A DNA stretch of 64,000 nt from an uncultured Prevotella sp. (GCF_900546575.1 NZ_URDM01000005.1); one strand, 5' to 3'. Counted from the stretch's first letter, positions 28,751-38,905 are shown. Numbers and translations are program-made. The notes: generated from the letters alone by a model not told the origin.

Positions 28751-31700
28751 ATGCAGATACAGACAATACTCTACAGATATATTCATACCCTCCTGACGTT
28801 ATTGCCGTTGGCGGTAGCGGCTTTGCTATCGGTGGCGTGCTCCGATACGGGCAATCGTGCCGAGGTGGACAGGCTGAACGATGTTTCGTACAGCTATCAT
28901 TACCGGAATCTGGATTCCACACGAGCGTATGCCAAACGTGCGCTTGAGCTCTCGCAAAATTATGACGACGTGCGTGCCGAAGCCTTGAACAATCTGGCAT
29001 TTGTAGAGATAGCCCGTATGAACTACGCCAGGGCCTTCACTATACTTACAAGCATACCCGAACAGACTGACAATCAGATAGAACAGCTTGTGAGCGATGT
29101 TCAGCTTATGCGCCTGTGCCAGCGCCGTTCGGAGAACAAGAACTTCTATCATTATCTGCAGCATGCTCAAGACTGCCTTAAACGGATACACGAGGACGAA
29201 GGGTTGCTCGACGAGCGCCAGCGTGCCCGACTTATCTACGCCCGAAGTGAATTCGCCATAGTTTATTCGGCTTATCTTTATTACTTGGGGCAGCTACGCC
29301 AGTCTACCGAGGCTTTGATGTCGATTGATGCGGGTGGCGACGTAGTGAGGGATACTGCCCAATTGCTGGCTTATTACTATAATGTAGGTTCGGGAGGAAT
29401 TCTTTCGGGCACAACTCATGAGCGGGTTGTGCAGGCCGAATTCGATAATCTTATGAGGTGCTATCTCTTGTCGCGACAGTATCATTACCGATATTGGGAA
29501 GCCAACTCCCTACAGGCAATAAGCGAGCACCTGCAGAACGACGACGACAGACGCAGACTGACAGCCGACAACTTGCAGGAAATAGACTTTGTCAACGTCG
29601 ACCAGATGCCTGACAGCCTGCTTTCGGGCAATCTTGCACAACGTGCGTTGACACTTTTCGAAGCTTATGGTGACGTCTACCAGATATCGGGAGCGTGGCG
29701 TACACTTTCCACGTCCTATCGTAATATTGGCGATTACAATTCGGCTTATGCCTGCCTTACGAATGCGCTGGAGAAGGATACGGCAATAAATGCTGCGCCC
29801 GACCTTGTGGCTTCAATACGCGAGCAGATGTCGATAGTGTGCTCGGCAATGGGCGACAAGCAACGAAGCGATTACAACCGCAACATCTATCTCGATCTTC
29901 AGGAACGCACCCGACAGGATAGGCAGCTTGAGGCACGAGCCGAGCAGCTGTCGTTTTCCCTGCGCCAGCTCGACTTTATGATTGTGGCCGTAATAGTGCT
30001 GATAGCCATTATCATTGGATTACTGTCATATTTCGGATATCTGCGCCACAAGCAACGCAGAATGGTGTCGACCGACAAGTTGCTGGCGCCTCTGGACGAA
30101 TGGAAGCAGAAATGTGAGGCCAAGTATGAGGAGAAGCAGGAGGAGATAGAAGAGACCGAAGACGAGGCGAGCATGAAGAAAAGCCAGAAAGAACATTATG
30201 GCGAAATAAGCGTCGAACAGCGCACTAAGATAATGATTGCCTCGAGCGTGGTTCCGCTCATCAACCGATTGACACGTGAGTTTGATATTGTGTCTGAGGG
30301 AAATTGTACTCCTGAGTCGCGCGACGAACACCTTGCTTATGCAGGCCAACTGGTTGACTCCATAGCCGAGTGCAACCAGCAACTTACCAAGTGGATTCGC
30401 CTGAAGCAGGGCGGACTTCAACTTAACATCAAGAGCTTTATGGTTAAGGACGTGTTTGACGTAATCAGACGAAATGCGACTGACTATCTGCGTCATGGAA
30501 TAACACTTCATGTCGACGATAACGACGCTGTTGTGAAAGCCGACCCGGTACTTACCTTATTCATGGTCAATACCATAGCCGAAAACGCACGCCGATATAC
30601 TCCAGAAGGTGGTGAGGTAAAGGTCACAGCCGAGGAAGCCGACGATTATGTGGAAATATCCATAGCCGACAATGGTAGTGGAATGAGTAAAGAACAGCTT
30701 GACGGACTGTTCACCCGAAAAATCATAAAAGACTCAGCCAATGATAAGACGGAAGGCGGACACGGGTTCGGACTTATCAATTGCAAGGGAATTATTGACA
30801 AGTATCGCAAGACAAGTTCTATATTCAGCGTTTGCTCTATCTCGGCAGAAAGCGAAGTGGGGCAGGGCAGCCGCTTCTTCTTCCGTCTGCCCAAGGGCGT
30901 TAAGCGTATGCTGACTGTTGCTGTGCTTCTTGTGTGCCAATGTGTTATGACGCTTGCTTCAACCGAACGTTTTAACAATATTGCAGACATGGAAACAAGA
31001 GCCAGAGCCTATGCCGACAGCGCCTACAACTGCAATATTAAGGGCCAGTATAAGCGTACCGTTGTATTTGCCGACAGCTGTATAAGACTGCTCAACAGAA
31101 TTTATCCCGAACGCATCCCGAACGCATCCCGAAGAAAAAGGCTGATGACACTCAACGGCGACTATCCTGCTGTTGCTGCCGAACTGCAATGGTTTCGCGA
31201 CAGCGTGAAAGCCAACTACGGAACGATACTCGACTTGCGTAATGAGACTGCCGTGGCTGCCTTGGCGCTACGCGACTGGAATCTGTATTCGTACAACAAT
31301 GCCGTCTACATACAGCTCTTCCGCGAGTGTAGTGCCGACAACACAATAGCATCGTATGTGAAGACCATGCAGCAGGCCGAAAGCAACCGTAGTGTGGCTA
31401 TGATAATGCTTATAGTGATGTTTGTGAGCATCTTCCCCGCCTACTATCTGCTCTATTACCGGCATCGTATGTATTACCGTCTGTGTGTAGACAAGATAGC
31501 TGAGATAAACCGTGTGCTGACTGACGAGACAATACCGTCGGAGGAGAAACTGAAACGTATTGACACGTTATGGCCCGAAGATTCGCCCGGTAAGAATGCA
31601 AAACGTACTGCCGACCGCCGACCTAAGGAGTTGCACAATGTGGTGAAAGCCATACGTAATAGCGTGGAGGAAGACCTGAACCGTGAGAGAGAAATGCATG

Positions 31701-32326
31701 AACAGGAGGAGCTCGCCAAGGATGCTTTGCGTCGTCAGACTATGGAGTGCGACCGCCTTTATGTTTCTAATAGTGTGGTAGACAATTGCCTCTCGTCGCT
31801 CAAGCATGAGACTATGTATTATCCGTCAAGAATCAGACAGGTGCTCGACGGCGGCGAATTGACACAGGAAGGACTCGTCTCCTTGCGCGAGCTTGCCAAT
31901 TACTACCGTATGCTCTATACAGCACTCATCAATCAGACCGTACACACCCGTTACCGTATCTGTTCGATGGACGAGATACTTACGATGATGAATTATCTGT
32001 TTGCCATACTCAAGCGGAAAAACGGAGGCGTTCCTCCCCAGCGTTCCACCACGCCCTATGGCAATTCATATGTACAGCTGACCGCAACATTGGACAGATG
32101 CACAGAAAGGGTGGATAGCCACAAGCTGTTCACTCCATATACCGACGATTTCGACTATCTCGTGTGTTGTCAGATTATGCGCGACATAGGAGACTTTACC
32201 GGCATGCGTGCAAGCGGAATACAGGCTTATTATGATGCCGATGCCAGGCTCGTGATAAAGTTGTTCGTACCGCAAATGGTATTGGAGAATGTCAAAATGT
32301 CAAAATGTCAAAATGTCAAAATCTGA
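28751..32326 (+). CDS. Membrane sensor histidine kinase-like protein with two tandem modules (resembles Bacteroidales DUF5112/DUF5113 proteins)
   Basis: Lipobox-like LSVAC; TPR-like helices; 3 internal TM; HATPase boxes ENARRYT, DNGSGM, GHGFGL; H-box-like LKHETMYYP in the second half. Confidence 0.8.
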   Translation: MQIQTILYRYIHTLLTLLPLAVAALLSVACSDTGNRAEVDRLNDVSYSYHYRNLDSTRAYAKRALELSQNYDDVRAEALNNLAFVEIARMNYARAFTILTSIPEQTDNQIEQLVSDVQLMRLCQRRSENKNFYHYLQHAQDCLKRIHEDEGLLDERQRARLIYARSEFAIVYSAYLYYLGQLRQSTEALMSIDAGGDVVRDTAQLLAYYYNVGSGGILSGTTHERVVQAEFDNLMRCYLLSRQYHYRYWEANSLQAISEHLQNDDDRRRLTADNLQEIDFVNVDQMPDSLLSGNLAQRALTLFEAYGDVYQISGAWRTLSTSYRNIGDYNSAYACLTNALEKDTAINAAPDLVASIREQMSIVCSAMGDKQRSDYNRNIYLDLQERTRQDRQLEARAEQLSFSLRQLDFMIVAVIVLIAIIIGLLSYFGYLRHKQRRMVSTDKLLAPLDEWKQKCEAKYEEKQEEIEETEDEASMKKSQKEHYGEISVEQRTKIMIASSVVPLINRLTREFDIVSEGNCTPESRDEHLAYAGQLVDSIAECNQQLTKWIRLKQGGLQLNIKSFMVKDVFDVIRRNATDYLRHGITLHVDDNDAVVKADPVLTLFMVNTIAENARRYTPEGGEVKVTAEEADDYVEISIADNGSGMSKEQLDGLFTRKIIKDSANDKTEGGHGFGLINCKGIIDKYRKTSSIFSVCSISAESEVGQGSRFFFRLPKGVKRMLTVAVLLVCQCVMTLASTERFNNIADMETRARAYADSAYNCNIKGQYKRTVVFADSCIRLLNRIYPERIPNASRRKRLMTLNGDYPAVAAELQWFRDSVKANYGTILDLRNETAVAALALRDWNLYSYNNAVYIQLFRECSADNTIASYVKTMQQAESNRSVAMIMLIVMFVSIFPAYYLLYYRHRMYYRLCVDKIAEINRVLTDETIPSEEKLKRIDTLWPEDSPGKNAKRTADRRPKELHNVVKAIRNSVEEDLNREREMHEQEELAKDALRRQTMECDRLYVSNSVVDNCLSSLKHETMYYPSRIRQVLDGGELTQEGLVSLRELANYYRMLYTALINQTVHTRYRICSMDEILTMMNYLFAILKRKNGGVPPQRSTTPYGNSYVQLTATLDRCTERVDSHKLFTPYTDDFDYLVCCQIMRDIGDFTGMRASGIQAYYDADARLVIKLFVPQMVLENVKMSKCQNVKI
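31104..31133 (+). repeat. 11-bp intragenic tandem repeat (2.7 copies)
   Basis: ATCCCGAACGC ATCCCGAACGC ATCCCGAA. Confidence 0.85.
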
Positions 32327-32327
32327 A
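32288..32327 (+). repeat. 8-bp microsatellite overlapping the stop codon region
   Basis: (AATGTCAA)x4 plus degenerate AATCTGAA. Confidence 0.9.
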
Positions 32328-32394
32328 ATTGTTGAGCTATGAAATGACAAACCGCTTGGTATGGGCTTGCCACTCCGCTTTGTATGGATTTTTA

Positions 32395-32434
32395 GTTTCC
32401 TCGGGAAGGAATTTTTATTTTCTCCCGAGGAAAC
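32395..32434. repeat. 12-bp perfect inverted repeat upstream of cysE
   Basis: GTTTCCTCGGGA ... TCCCGAGGAAAC. Confidence 0.7.
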
Positions 32435-32557
32435 AATTATTTGCTCGGCAGAGAAAAAAGATACCATCGGTAGGGTGATGTTGTAACTTGTTGCTTTAAA
32501 TTTAGGATGTGTCCAATAAAAATCGGGAAAATGGCTGTCTGTGTGAATTTTTATTGT

Positions 32558-32565
32558 TAATTTTG
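32558..32565 (+). promoter_or_regulatory. -7 promoter element for cysE
   Basis: TAATTTTG about 42 nt upstream of the ATG. Confidence 0.6.
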
Positions 32566-32607
32566 TAACCATAATTTCTATAATAAAAATTATACTCAAA
32601 TCAACTG

Positions 32608-33519
32608 ATGGTTAACAAGAATTTGACACAATTTTTGGCTTTAATGGTAAAACAACTTTCATCTCCCGACTCTTGTAAGGGGATGTTTCATTCGCATAAA
32701 GACAATTGCCCGTTGCCCTCCGGAGCGGTTCTCGAAGAAATCGTATCCTTGTCGAGAGCCATACTCTTTCCGGGATATTATGGAAATTCGAGTGTCAATG
32801 CCGACACGCTTCCATTTCATATCGGAGTTTCCATAGAGCGTCTTTACAGACTTCTGAAAGAACAGATACTTGCCGGATTGTGTTTCTTGGATACAGATTC
32901 GGACATTCCTACCGATAGTCTTAAAGAGCACGCCAAGGAAGTAGCTACGGAGTTGATAAGACGTCTGCCTGCAATACGTGAGACTCTCAGCACAGATGTC
33001 ATAGCTACCTATAACGGCGACCCCGCAGCCTGCAATACTGGCGAGGTGATAGCTTGCTATCCAATCATCAAGGCTCTTGCAAACTATCGTATAGCACACG
33101 AACTTTTTCTGTTGGGAATACCTCTGATTCCGCGAATGCTGACCGAAATGGCGCATTCAGAAACCGGTATCGACATACATCCGCAAGCCTCTATAGGCAA
33201 ATACTTCACAATCGACCATGGTACAGGTGTGGTGATTGGCGCTACATGTATCATAGGCGACAATGTGAAGATTTACCAGGGTGTCACGCTTGGTGCCAAG
33301 AGTTTCCCGCTCGACTGCAACGGCAACCCTATAAAGGGCATTCCTCGCCATCCTATCATCGGCAACGATGTCATAATATATGCAAACGCCACAATCCTGG
33401 GGCGCGTAAAGATTGGCGACGGCTGCATAATAGGAGCTAATATGTGGGTGACAGAGGATGTTGAGCCCAATAATGTCGTTGCCAATGGCAGACAGCCCAA
33501 CGACAACCAAGCTAAATAG
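32608..33519 (+). CDS. cysE: Serine O-acetyltransferase (long N-terminus)
   Basis: GDPAA, YRIAHEL, TGIDIHP, IDHGTGVVIG, YQGVTLGA, RHP; hexapeptide repeats. Confidence 0.93.
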   Translation: MVNKNLTQFLALMVKQLSSPDSCKGMFHSHKDNCPLPSGAVLEEIVSLSRAILFPGYYGNSSVNADTLPFHIGVSIERLYRLLKEQILAGLCFLDTDSDIPTDSLKEHAKEVATELIRRLPAIRETLSTDVIATYNGDPAACNTGEVIACYPIIKALANYRIAHELFLLGIPLIPRMLTEMAHSETGIDIHPQASIGKYFTIDHGTGVVIGATCIIGDNVKIYQGVTLGAKSFPLDCNGNPIKGIPRHPIIGNDVIIYANATILGRVKIGDGCIIGANMWVTEDVEPNNVVANGRQPNDNQAK

Positions 33520-33605
33520 CACGTAAACAGCAAACAGACAAATGGTTTTATCGCAAGAAATCGCTAAAAACAGTAAGAAACAATAAAAATATTATCGAAA
33601 TAAAA

Positions 33606-35126
33606 ATGAATGAATTTGAACTTATTGCCAAGACCTTCATGGGACTTGAGCCCGTCCTGGCAAAAGAACTCACCCAGTTGGGTGCCAACAATGTGGAAAT
33701 AGGCCGTAGAATGGTTTCGTTTACCGGCGACAAGGAGATGATGTATCGTGCCAATTTCCAGCTTCACACGGCCATACGTATTCTTAAGCCTATAGCCAAA
33801 TTCAAGGCTGCTTCGGCCGATGATGTGTATGAAGAAATCAAGAAGATTGACTGGAGCCAGTACATCGAGAAAGGTAAAACCTTCTCGGTTGACTCTGTGG
33901 TCTATTCTGAGGAGTTCCGCAACTCGCGTTTCGTAACCTATAAGGTGAAGGACGCTATTGTCGATCAGTTCCGTGAGAAGACAGGCACCCGCCCTAATAT
34001 CTCGGTGAGCAATCCTGACATCCGTCTCAATATACACATTGCCGAGACTGCTGCCACATTGTCGCTCGATTCAAGTGGCGAGTCGCTCCATCGTCGTGGC
34101 TACCGTCAGGAGTCAGTAGAGGCTCCGCTCAACGAGGTGCTTGCTGCTGGTATGATTCTTATGACCGGATGGCATGGCGAGACCGACTTCATTGACCCTA
34201 TGTGTGGTTCGGGCACACTCGCCATCGAGGCTGCTCTTATTGCCCATAACATGAGTCCGGGCGTGTTCCGCAAGGAATTCGCTTTCGAGAAGTGGCCTGA
34301 TTACGATGCTGAGCTTTTCGATACTATCTATAATGACGACTCGCAGGAACGTGAGTTTACACACCATATCTATGGTTACGACATCGACATGAAGGCAGTC
34401 AACACAGCTCGTCTTAACGTGCGTGCTGCTGGTCTTACCAACGACATTACTATCGATTGTGCCGACTTCAAGGACTTCACAAAGCCTGCCGAGAAGAGCA
34501 TTCTCGTAGTAAACCCGCCTTATGGCGAACGTATCTCTACTCCAAATCTGCTCAATACCTACAAGATGATAGGCGAGCGTCTGAAGCACGCCTTCATGGG
34601 TAACGAGGCTTGGGTGCTGAGCTATCGTCAGGAGTGCTTCGAGGCTATCGGCTTGAAGCCTTCTATCAAGATTCCCGTGTACAACGGATCGTTGGAGTGC
34701 GAGTTCCGCAAGTACAGCATCTTCGACGGCACTATGAAGGATTTCCGCCAGGAAGGTGGCATCGTAAAGACCGAAGAGGAGAAGCGACAGATGGCCGAAA
34801 AGCATCGCTTCAAGAAGAACCGCGAGTTTAAGAAGCGTCTTGATGAGGACGAAGAGAATGCTGAGGCCGACATACGTTCGTTTAAGTTCCGCTCTATGGA
34901 GCGTCGTAAGGACAATGACGACCGTCGTGGTGGAGGCAAGCATTTCGACCGTGATGACGACAAGTCGTTTGGCAAGCGTGGAGGCAAGTCATTCGGACGT
35001 GGACGCGACGATGACAGATCATTCGGACGTGGACGCGATGGCGAGAAGTCGTTTGGAAAGGGATTTAAGAGCGACCGTAAGGGTGGCAAAGGTTTTAATA
35101 AAAAAAGATTTGATAATGAAGATTAA
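33606..35126 (+). CDS. THUMP-domain SAM-dependent RNA methyltransferase (RlmL/YpsC-like) with a low-complexity basic tail
   Basis: SLHRRGYR, APLNE, DPMCGSGT, NPPYGER. Confidence 0.9.
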   Translation: MNEFELIAKTFMGLEPVLAKELTQLGANNVEIGRRMVSFTGDKEMMYRANFQLHTAIRILKPIAKFKAASADDVYEEIKKIDWSQYIEKGKTFSVDSVVYSEEFRNSRFVTYKVKDAIVDQFREKTGTRPNISVSNPDIRLNIHIAETAATLSLDSSGESLHRRGYRQESVEAPLNEVLAAGMILMTGWHGETDFIDPMCGSGTLAIEAALIAHNMSPGVFRKEFAFEKWPDYDAELFDTIYNDDSQEREFTHHIYGYDIDMKAVNTARLNVRAAGLTNDITIDCADFKDFTKPAEKSILVVNPPYGERISTPNLLNTYKMIGERLKHAFMGNEAWVLSYRQECFEAIGLKPSIKIPVYNGSLECEFRKYSIFDGTMKDFRQEGGIVKTEEEKRQMAEKHRFKKNREFKKRLDEDEENAEADIRSFKFRSMERRKDNDDRRGGGKHFDRDDDKSFGKRGGKSFGRGRDDDRSFGRGRDGEKSFGKGFKSDRKGGKGFNKKRFDNED

Positions 35127-37338
35127 GTATCTGTCAACATTGTTATTCGGGCTGTTGGCTTCCTTGACTGTGAGTGCCCAGCAGCAGAAGGAGTTCACAC
35201 TTGAAGACCTTAACTTCGGTGGCAAGAACTTCCACAACATGGTGCCCAAGAACCGCTATTGCACATGGTGGGGCGACCAGCTTGTGCGTCAAGACGCTTC
35301 CGAGTGTTATCTGGTAGACAAGTCGACCGGAAAGGAGACAAAGCTGTTCTCTGTAAACGAAATCAACCAATGGATTTCAAACACCAAGGACATCAAGGTA
35401 CGTTCGCTCTACAATGCCCAGTTTCCTAATGCCGACCGTTCGGAAGTAGTGTTGGGCAATGGCAGCAAGATATATGTTGTCGACTTCAAGAAGCACAGCC
35501 TTGTAAGCAGCCACGAGATTGGCGAGGGCGACAATGTTCTTGAAATGAACTATAAGAGTGGTGCTATGGCTATCCTGCGTGACAACAACCTCTTCTTGCG
35601 CCTTGGTGTAAAGGAGTGGCAGCTCTCTAAGGACGGTTCACGTGAGATTGTTTACGGACAAAGCGTTCATCGCGACGAGTTCGGCATTCACAAAGGCACT
35701 TACTTCAGCAATAGCGGCACAAAGCTGGCTTTCTATCGCATGGACCAGTCTATGGTGACCGACTATCCGCAGGTAGATATTCCGGAGATTGATTATTTCA
35801 AGCATCCCGAAACTCAGACTTGCTGTGCCAAAGCCGCTCCCGACAAGTATCCTATGGCTGGTGAAACTTCACATAAGGTGACTGTAGGCGTGTTTGACAC
35901 AAAGACTGGCAATACCGTGTATCTTAAGGCTGGCGACCCAACTGACCGATATTTCACAAACATAGCATGGAGTCCTGATGATAAGACTATCTATATGTTC
36001 GAACTCAACCGCGACCAGAACGACTGCCGTCTTGTAAGTTATGATGCTACTACCGGCGAGAAGACTGGTGAACTCTATCGCGAGACCGACGAGAAATATG
36101 TTGAACCGCAGCATCCTATCATGTTCTTGCCATGGGACAACACCAAGTTCCTCATGCAGAGCCAGAAGGACGGCTACAACCATCTCTACCTTTGCTCGCT
36201 CGGCAAGCATGGCAGCCGAATGGCACACAATACAGAGTCGCTCGAGATAAAGCAGCTTACATCGGGCAAGTGGGTCGTACTTGAGGTGTTGGGCTTCAAC
36301 GCCAAGCGCAAGAGTGTTGTGATTGCTTCAAACGAGCTTAGCCCGATACAGCGCAACATCTTCGTAGTAGACACTCGCAACGGCAAGCGTACTCTTATGG
36401 ACGAGGGCGGCAAGGGATGGCACACAGCCACACTTAGCGCAAGCGGACAGTATGTATTCGACCGTTACACAACTCCTACCGTTCCCCGTAATATTGCCAT
36501 TGTAAATACAGAGAATGGCAAGCGTCAGAGTTATTTCAAGGCCGAAGACCCATGGAAGGGCTACAATGTGCCTGAATATAGCTGTGGTACGGTTAAGGCT
36601 GCTGACGGTCAGACCGATCTCTATTGGCGTATGGTAAAGCCTACCAACTTCGACCCCAACAAGAAGTATCCTACTATTATATATGTATATGGCGGCCCTC
36701 ATGCTCATAATGTTGACGCAAGCTATCATTACGGATCACGTGGTTGGGAGACTTATATGGCAAGCAAGGGCTATCTGCTCTTTATCCTCGACAACCGTGG
36801 TTCGGAAAACCGTGGCAAGGAGTTTGAGCAGGCTACATTCCGCCAGCTCGGTCAGGAAGAGATGAAGGACCAGATGAAGGGTGTGGAATATCTCAAGAGT
36901 CTTCCTTATGTAGATGCCGACCGCATTGGTGTGCACGGATGGAGCTTCGGCGGATTCATGACAATCTCACTTATGACCAACTATCCCGACGTATTCAAGG
37001 TTGGCGTAGCTGGTGGTCCGGTTATCGACTGGCATTGGTATGAGGTGATGTATGGTGAGCGCTATATGGATACTCCGCAGACCAACCCCGAGGGTTATAA
37101 GAAGACCTCGCTGCTCTATAAGGCAAAGGATCTTAAGGGCAGACTGCAGATTATTACCGGCTACAACGATGTTACTGTAGTGCCTCAGCATTGCCTCACA
37201 TTCCTCAAGGCTTGTATCGCAGCTGGCACACAGCCCGACTTCTTTGTTTATCCGGGCGAGCCTCACAATATGCGTGGACATCAGAGTACTCATCTGCATG
37301 AGCGTATAAGCCAGTATTTCTTCGACTTCTTGAAGTAA
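35116..37338 (+). CDS. Dipeptidyl peptidase IV family serine peptidase (S9B)
   Basis: Signal peptide MKIKYL...VSA; YVYGGP, DNRGS, GWSFGG nucleophile, catalytic D and H (YNDVTV, EPHN); ATG at 35116 overlaps the upstream stop. Confidence 0.93.
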   Translation: MKIKYLSTLLFGLLASLTVSAQQQKEFTLEDLNFGGKNFHNMVPKNRYCTWWGDQLVRQDASECYLVDKSTGKETKLFSVNEINQWISNTKDIKVRSLYNAQFPNADRSEVVLGNGSKIYVVDFKKHSLVSSHEIGEGDNVLEMNYKSGAMAILRDNNLFLRLGVKEWQLSKDGSREIVYGQSVHRDEFGIHKGTYFSNSGTKLAFYRMDQSMVTDYPQVDIPEIDYFKHPETQTCCAKAAPDKYPMAGETSHKVTVGVFDTKTGNTVYLKAGDPTDRYFTNIAWSPDDKTIYMFELNRDQNDCRLVSYDATTGEKTGELYRETDEKYVEPQHPIMFLPWDNTKFLMQSQKDGYNHLYLCSLGKHGSRMAHNTESLEIKQLTSGKWVVLEVLGFNAKRKSVVIASNELSPIQRNIFVVDTRNGKRTLMDEGGKGWHTATLSASGQYVFDRYTTPTVPRNIAIVNTENGKRQSYFKAEDPWKGYNVPEYSCGTVKAADGQTDLYWRMVKPTNFDPNKKYPTIIYVYGGPHAHNVDASYHYGSRGWETYMASKGYLLFILDNRGSENRGKEFEQATFRQLGQEEMKDQMKGVEYLKSLPYVDADRIGVHGWSFGGFMTISLMTNYPDVFKVGVAGGPVIDWHWYEVMYGERYMDTPQTNPEGYKKTSLLYKAKDLKGRLQIITGYNDVTVVPQHCLTFLKACIAAGTQPDFFVYPGEPHNMRGHQSTHLHERISQYFFDFLK

Positions 37339-37471
37339 ATGTTTAATGTTTAGTGTTTAATGTCTGATTGTTATGAATGTGATTGATTCGTACATTAGAC
37401 ATTAGACACTAAACAATTTATATTGTAATTCGGCACCCTAATTAAACATTAATAATTAATAATTTAACATT
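37339..37471. repeat. Inverted heptamer microsatellite arms (TAATGTT/AACATTA family)
   Basis: TGTTTAATGTTTAGTGTTTAATGTCTGA ... ATTAGACATTAGACACTAAACA, plus further AACATTA/ATAATTA units. Confidence 0.75.
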
Positions 37472-37477
37472 ATAGAG

Positions 37478-38746
37478 ATGAAAGTTCTTTTGTTGGGAAG
37501 CGGCGGCCGTGAGCACGCCTTGGCATGGAAGATCGCTCAGAGCGACAAGTGTGAAAAACTTTTCATAGCTCCCGGTAATGCCGGAACAGCAGCAGTAGGT
37601 GAGAATGTAGCTATCAAGGCAGATGATTTTGAGGCTCTGAAGCAGTTCTGCGTTGAGAATGGCGTTGACATGGTTGTTGTCGGTCCTGAAGATCCGTTGG
37701 TAAAGGGCGTTTATGATGATTTCCGCGACGACGAGCGCACCAAGAACATCCCGGTAATCGGTCCTTCAAAGGCTGGTGCCGTGCTTGAAGGTAGTAAGGA
37801 TTTTGCCAAGCATTTCATGATGCGTCATGATATTCCTACTGCCAAGTACGAGACATTCGACGGCACTACACTCGAAGAGGGGCTCAAGTTCCTGGAGACA
37901 CTCAAGGCTCCTTATGTGCTCAAGGCAGATGGCCTGTGTGCAGGTAAGGGTGTGCTTATCGTACCAACACTTGAGGAGGCAAAGAAGGAACTTAAGGATA
38001 TGCTTGGCGGAATGTTTGGTAATGCTTCTGCGCGTGTGGTAATTGAGGAATTCCTTAGCGGCATAGAGTGCTCTGTATTTGTTCTTACCGACGGCAAGAA
38101 CTATAAGATTCTTCCTGAGGCAAAGGACTACAAACGTATTGGCGAGCATGATACTGGCTTGAACACAGGCGGTATGGGTAGCGTTACTCCGGTTCCTTTT
38201 GCCGATGAGGCTTGGATGAAGAAGGTAGACGAGCGCATCATCCGTCCTACAGTTGAGGGACTGGCTGAAGAGGGTATTGACTACAAGGGCTTCATCTTCT
38301 TCGGACTTATCAATGTAGAGGGTGAACCAATGGTTATAGAGTACAACTGCCGAATGGGCGACCCTGAGACCGAGAGCGTAATGCTACGTCTTAAGAGCGA
38401 CATCGTTGACCTCTTTGAGGGTGTTGCAGCTGGCGACCTTGACAAGCGTTCAATTGAGTTCGACCCGCGTGCAGCTGTATGCGTTATGCTTGTTAGCGGT
38501 GGTTATCCAGAAGCATACAAGAAAGGCTATGTCATAAATGGTCTTGACAAGGTAGAAGGTTCTGTAGTGTTCCATTCTGGCACAGCCATGAAGGATGGCG
38601 ACGTTGTTACCAATGGTGGACGTGTTATTGCAGTTAGCTCATATGGTAAGGACAAGGATGAGGCTCTTGCCAAATCGTTTGCCGAGGCTCAGAAGATAGA
38701 GTTCGAAGGCAAGTACTTCCGTCGTGACATCGGTCAGGACCTGTAA
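37478..38746 (+). CDS. purD: Phosphoribosylamine--glycine ligase
   Basis: [52 protein letters not shown]. Confidence 0.97.
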   Translation: MKVLLLGSGGREHALAWKIAQSDKCEKLFIAPGNAGTAAVGENVAIKADDFEALKQFCVENGVDMVVVGPEDPLVKGVYDDFRDDERTKNIPVIGPSKAGAVLEGSKDFAKHFMMRHDIPTAKYETFDGTTLEEGLKFLETLKAPYVLKADGLCAGKGVLIVPTLEEAKKELKDMLGGMFGNASARVVIEEFLSGIECSVFVLTDGKNYKILPEAKDYKRIGEHDTGLNTGGMGSVTPVPFADEAWMKKVDERIIRPTVEGLAEEGIDYKGFIFFGLINVEGEPMVIEYNCRMGDPETESVMLRLKSDIVDLFEGVAAGDLDKRSIEFDPRAAVCVMLVSGGYPEAYKKGYVINGLDKVEGSVVFHSGTAMKDGDVVTNGGRVIAVSSYGKDKDEALAKSFAEAQKIEFEGKYFRRDIGQDL

Positions 38747-38756
38747 ATAAATATAT

Positions 38757-38834
38757 AAGCCTCGCCCCATGCCCTTCATCCCCGTATGATGTGAAGTGAG
38801 CAAATGCCAATATAACAGGCATGGGGTGGGGCTT
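38757..38834. repeat. GC-rich long-loop inverted repeat after purD
   Basis: AAGCCTCGCCCCATGCC ... GGCATGGGGTGGGGCTT followed by a T-run. Confidence 0.65.
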
Positions 38835-38905
38835 TTTATATAAAGTGTAAAGCTTATATAGGTGCTTAATGTAAAGTGGGGCTTTTTAGATAAATATTAA
38901 AAGGA

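Noticed and set aside
34840..35115. N-terminal extension of the DPP-IV ORF
   Set aside because: Overlaps the methyltransferase tail; the signal peptide begins at ATG 35116
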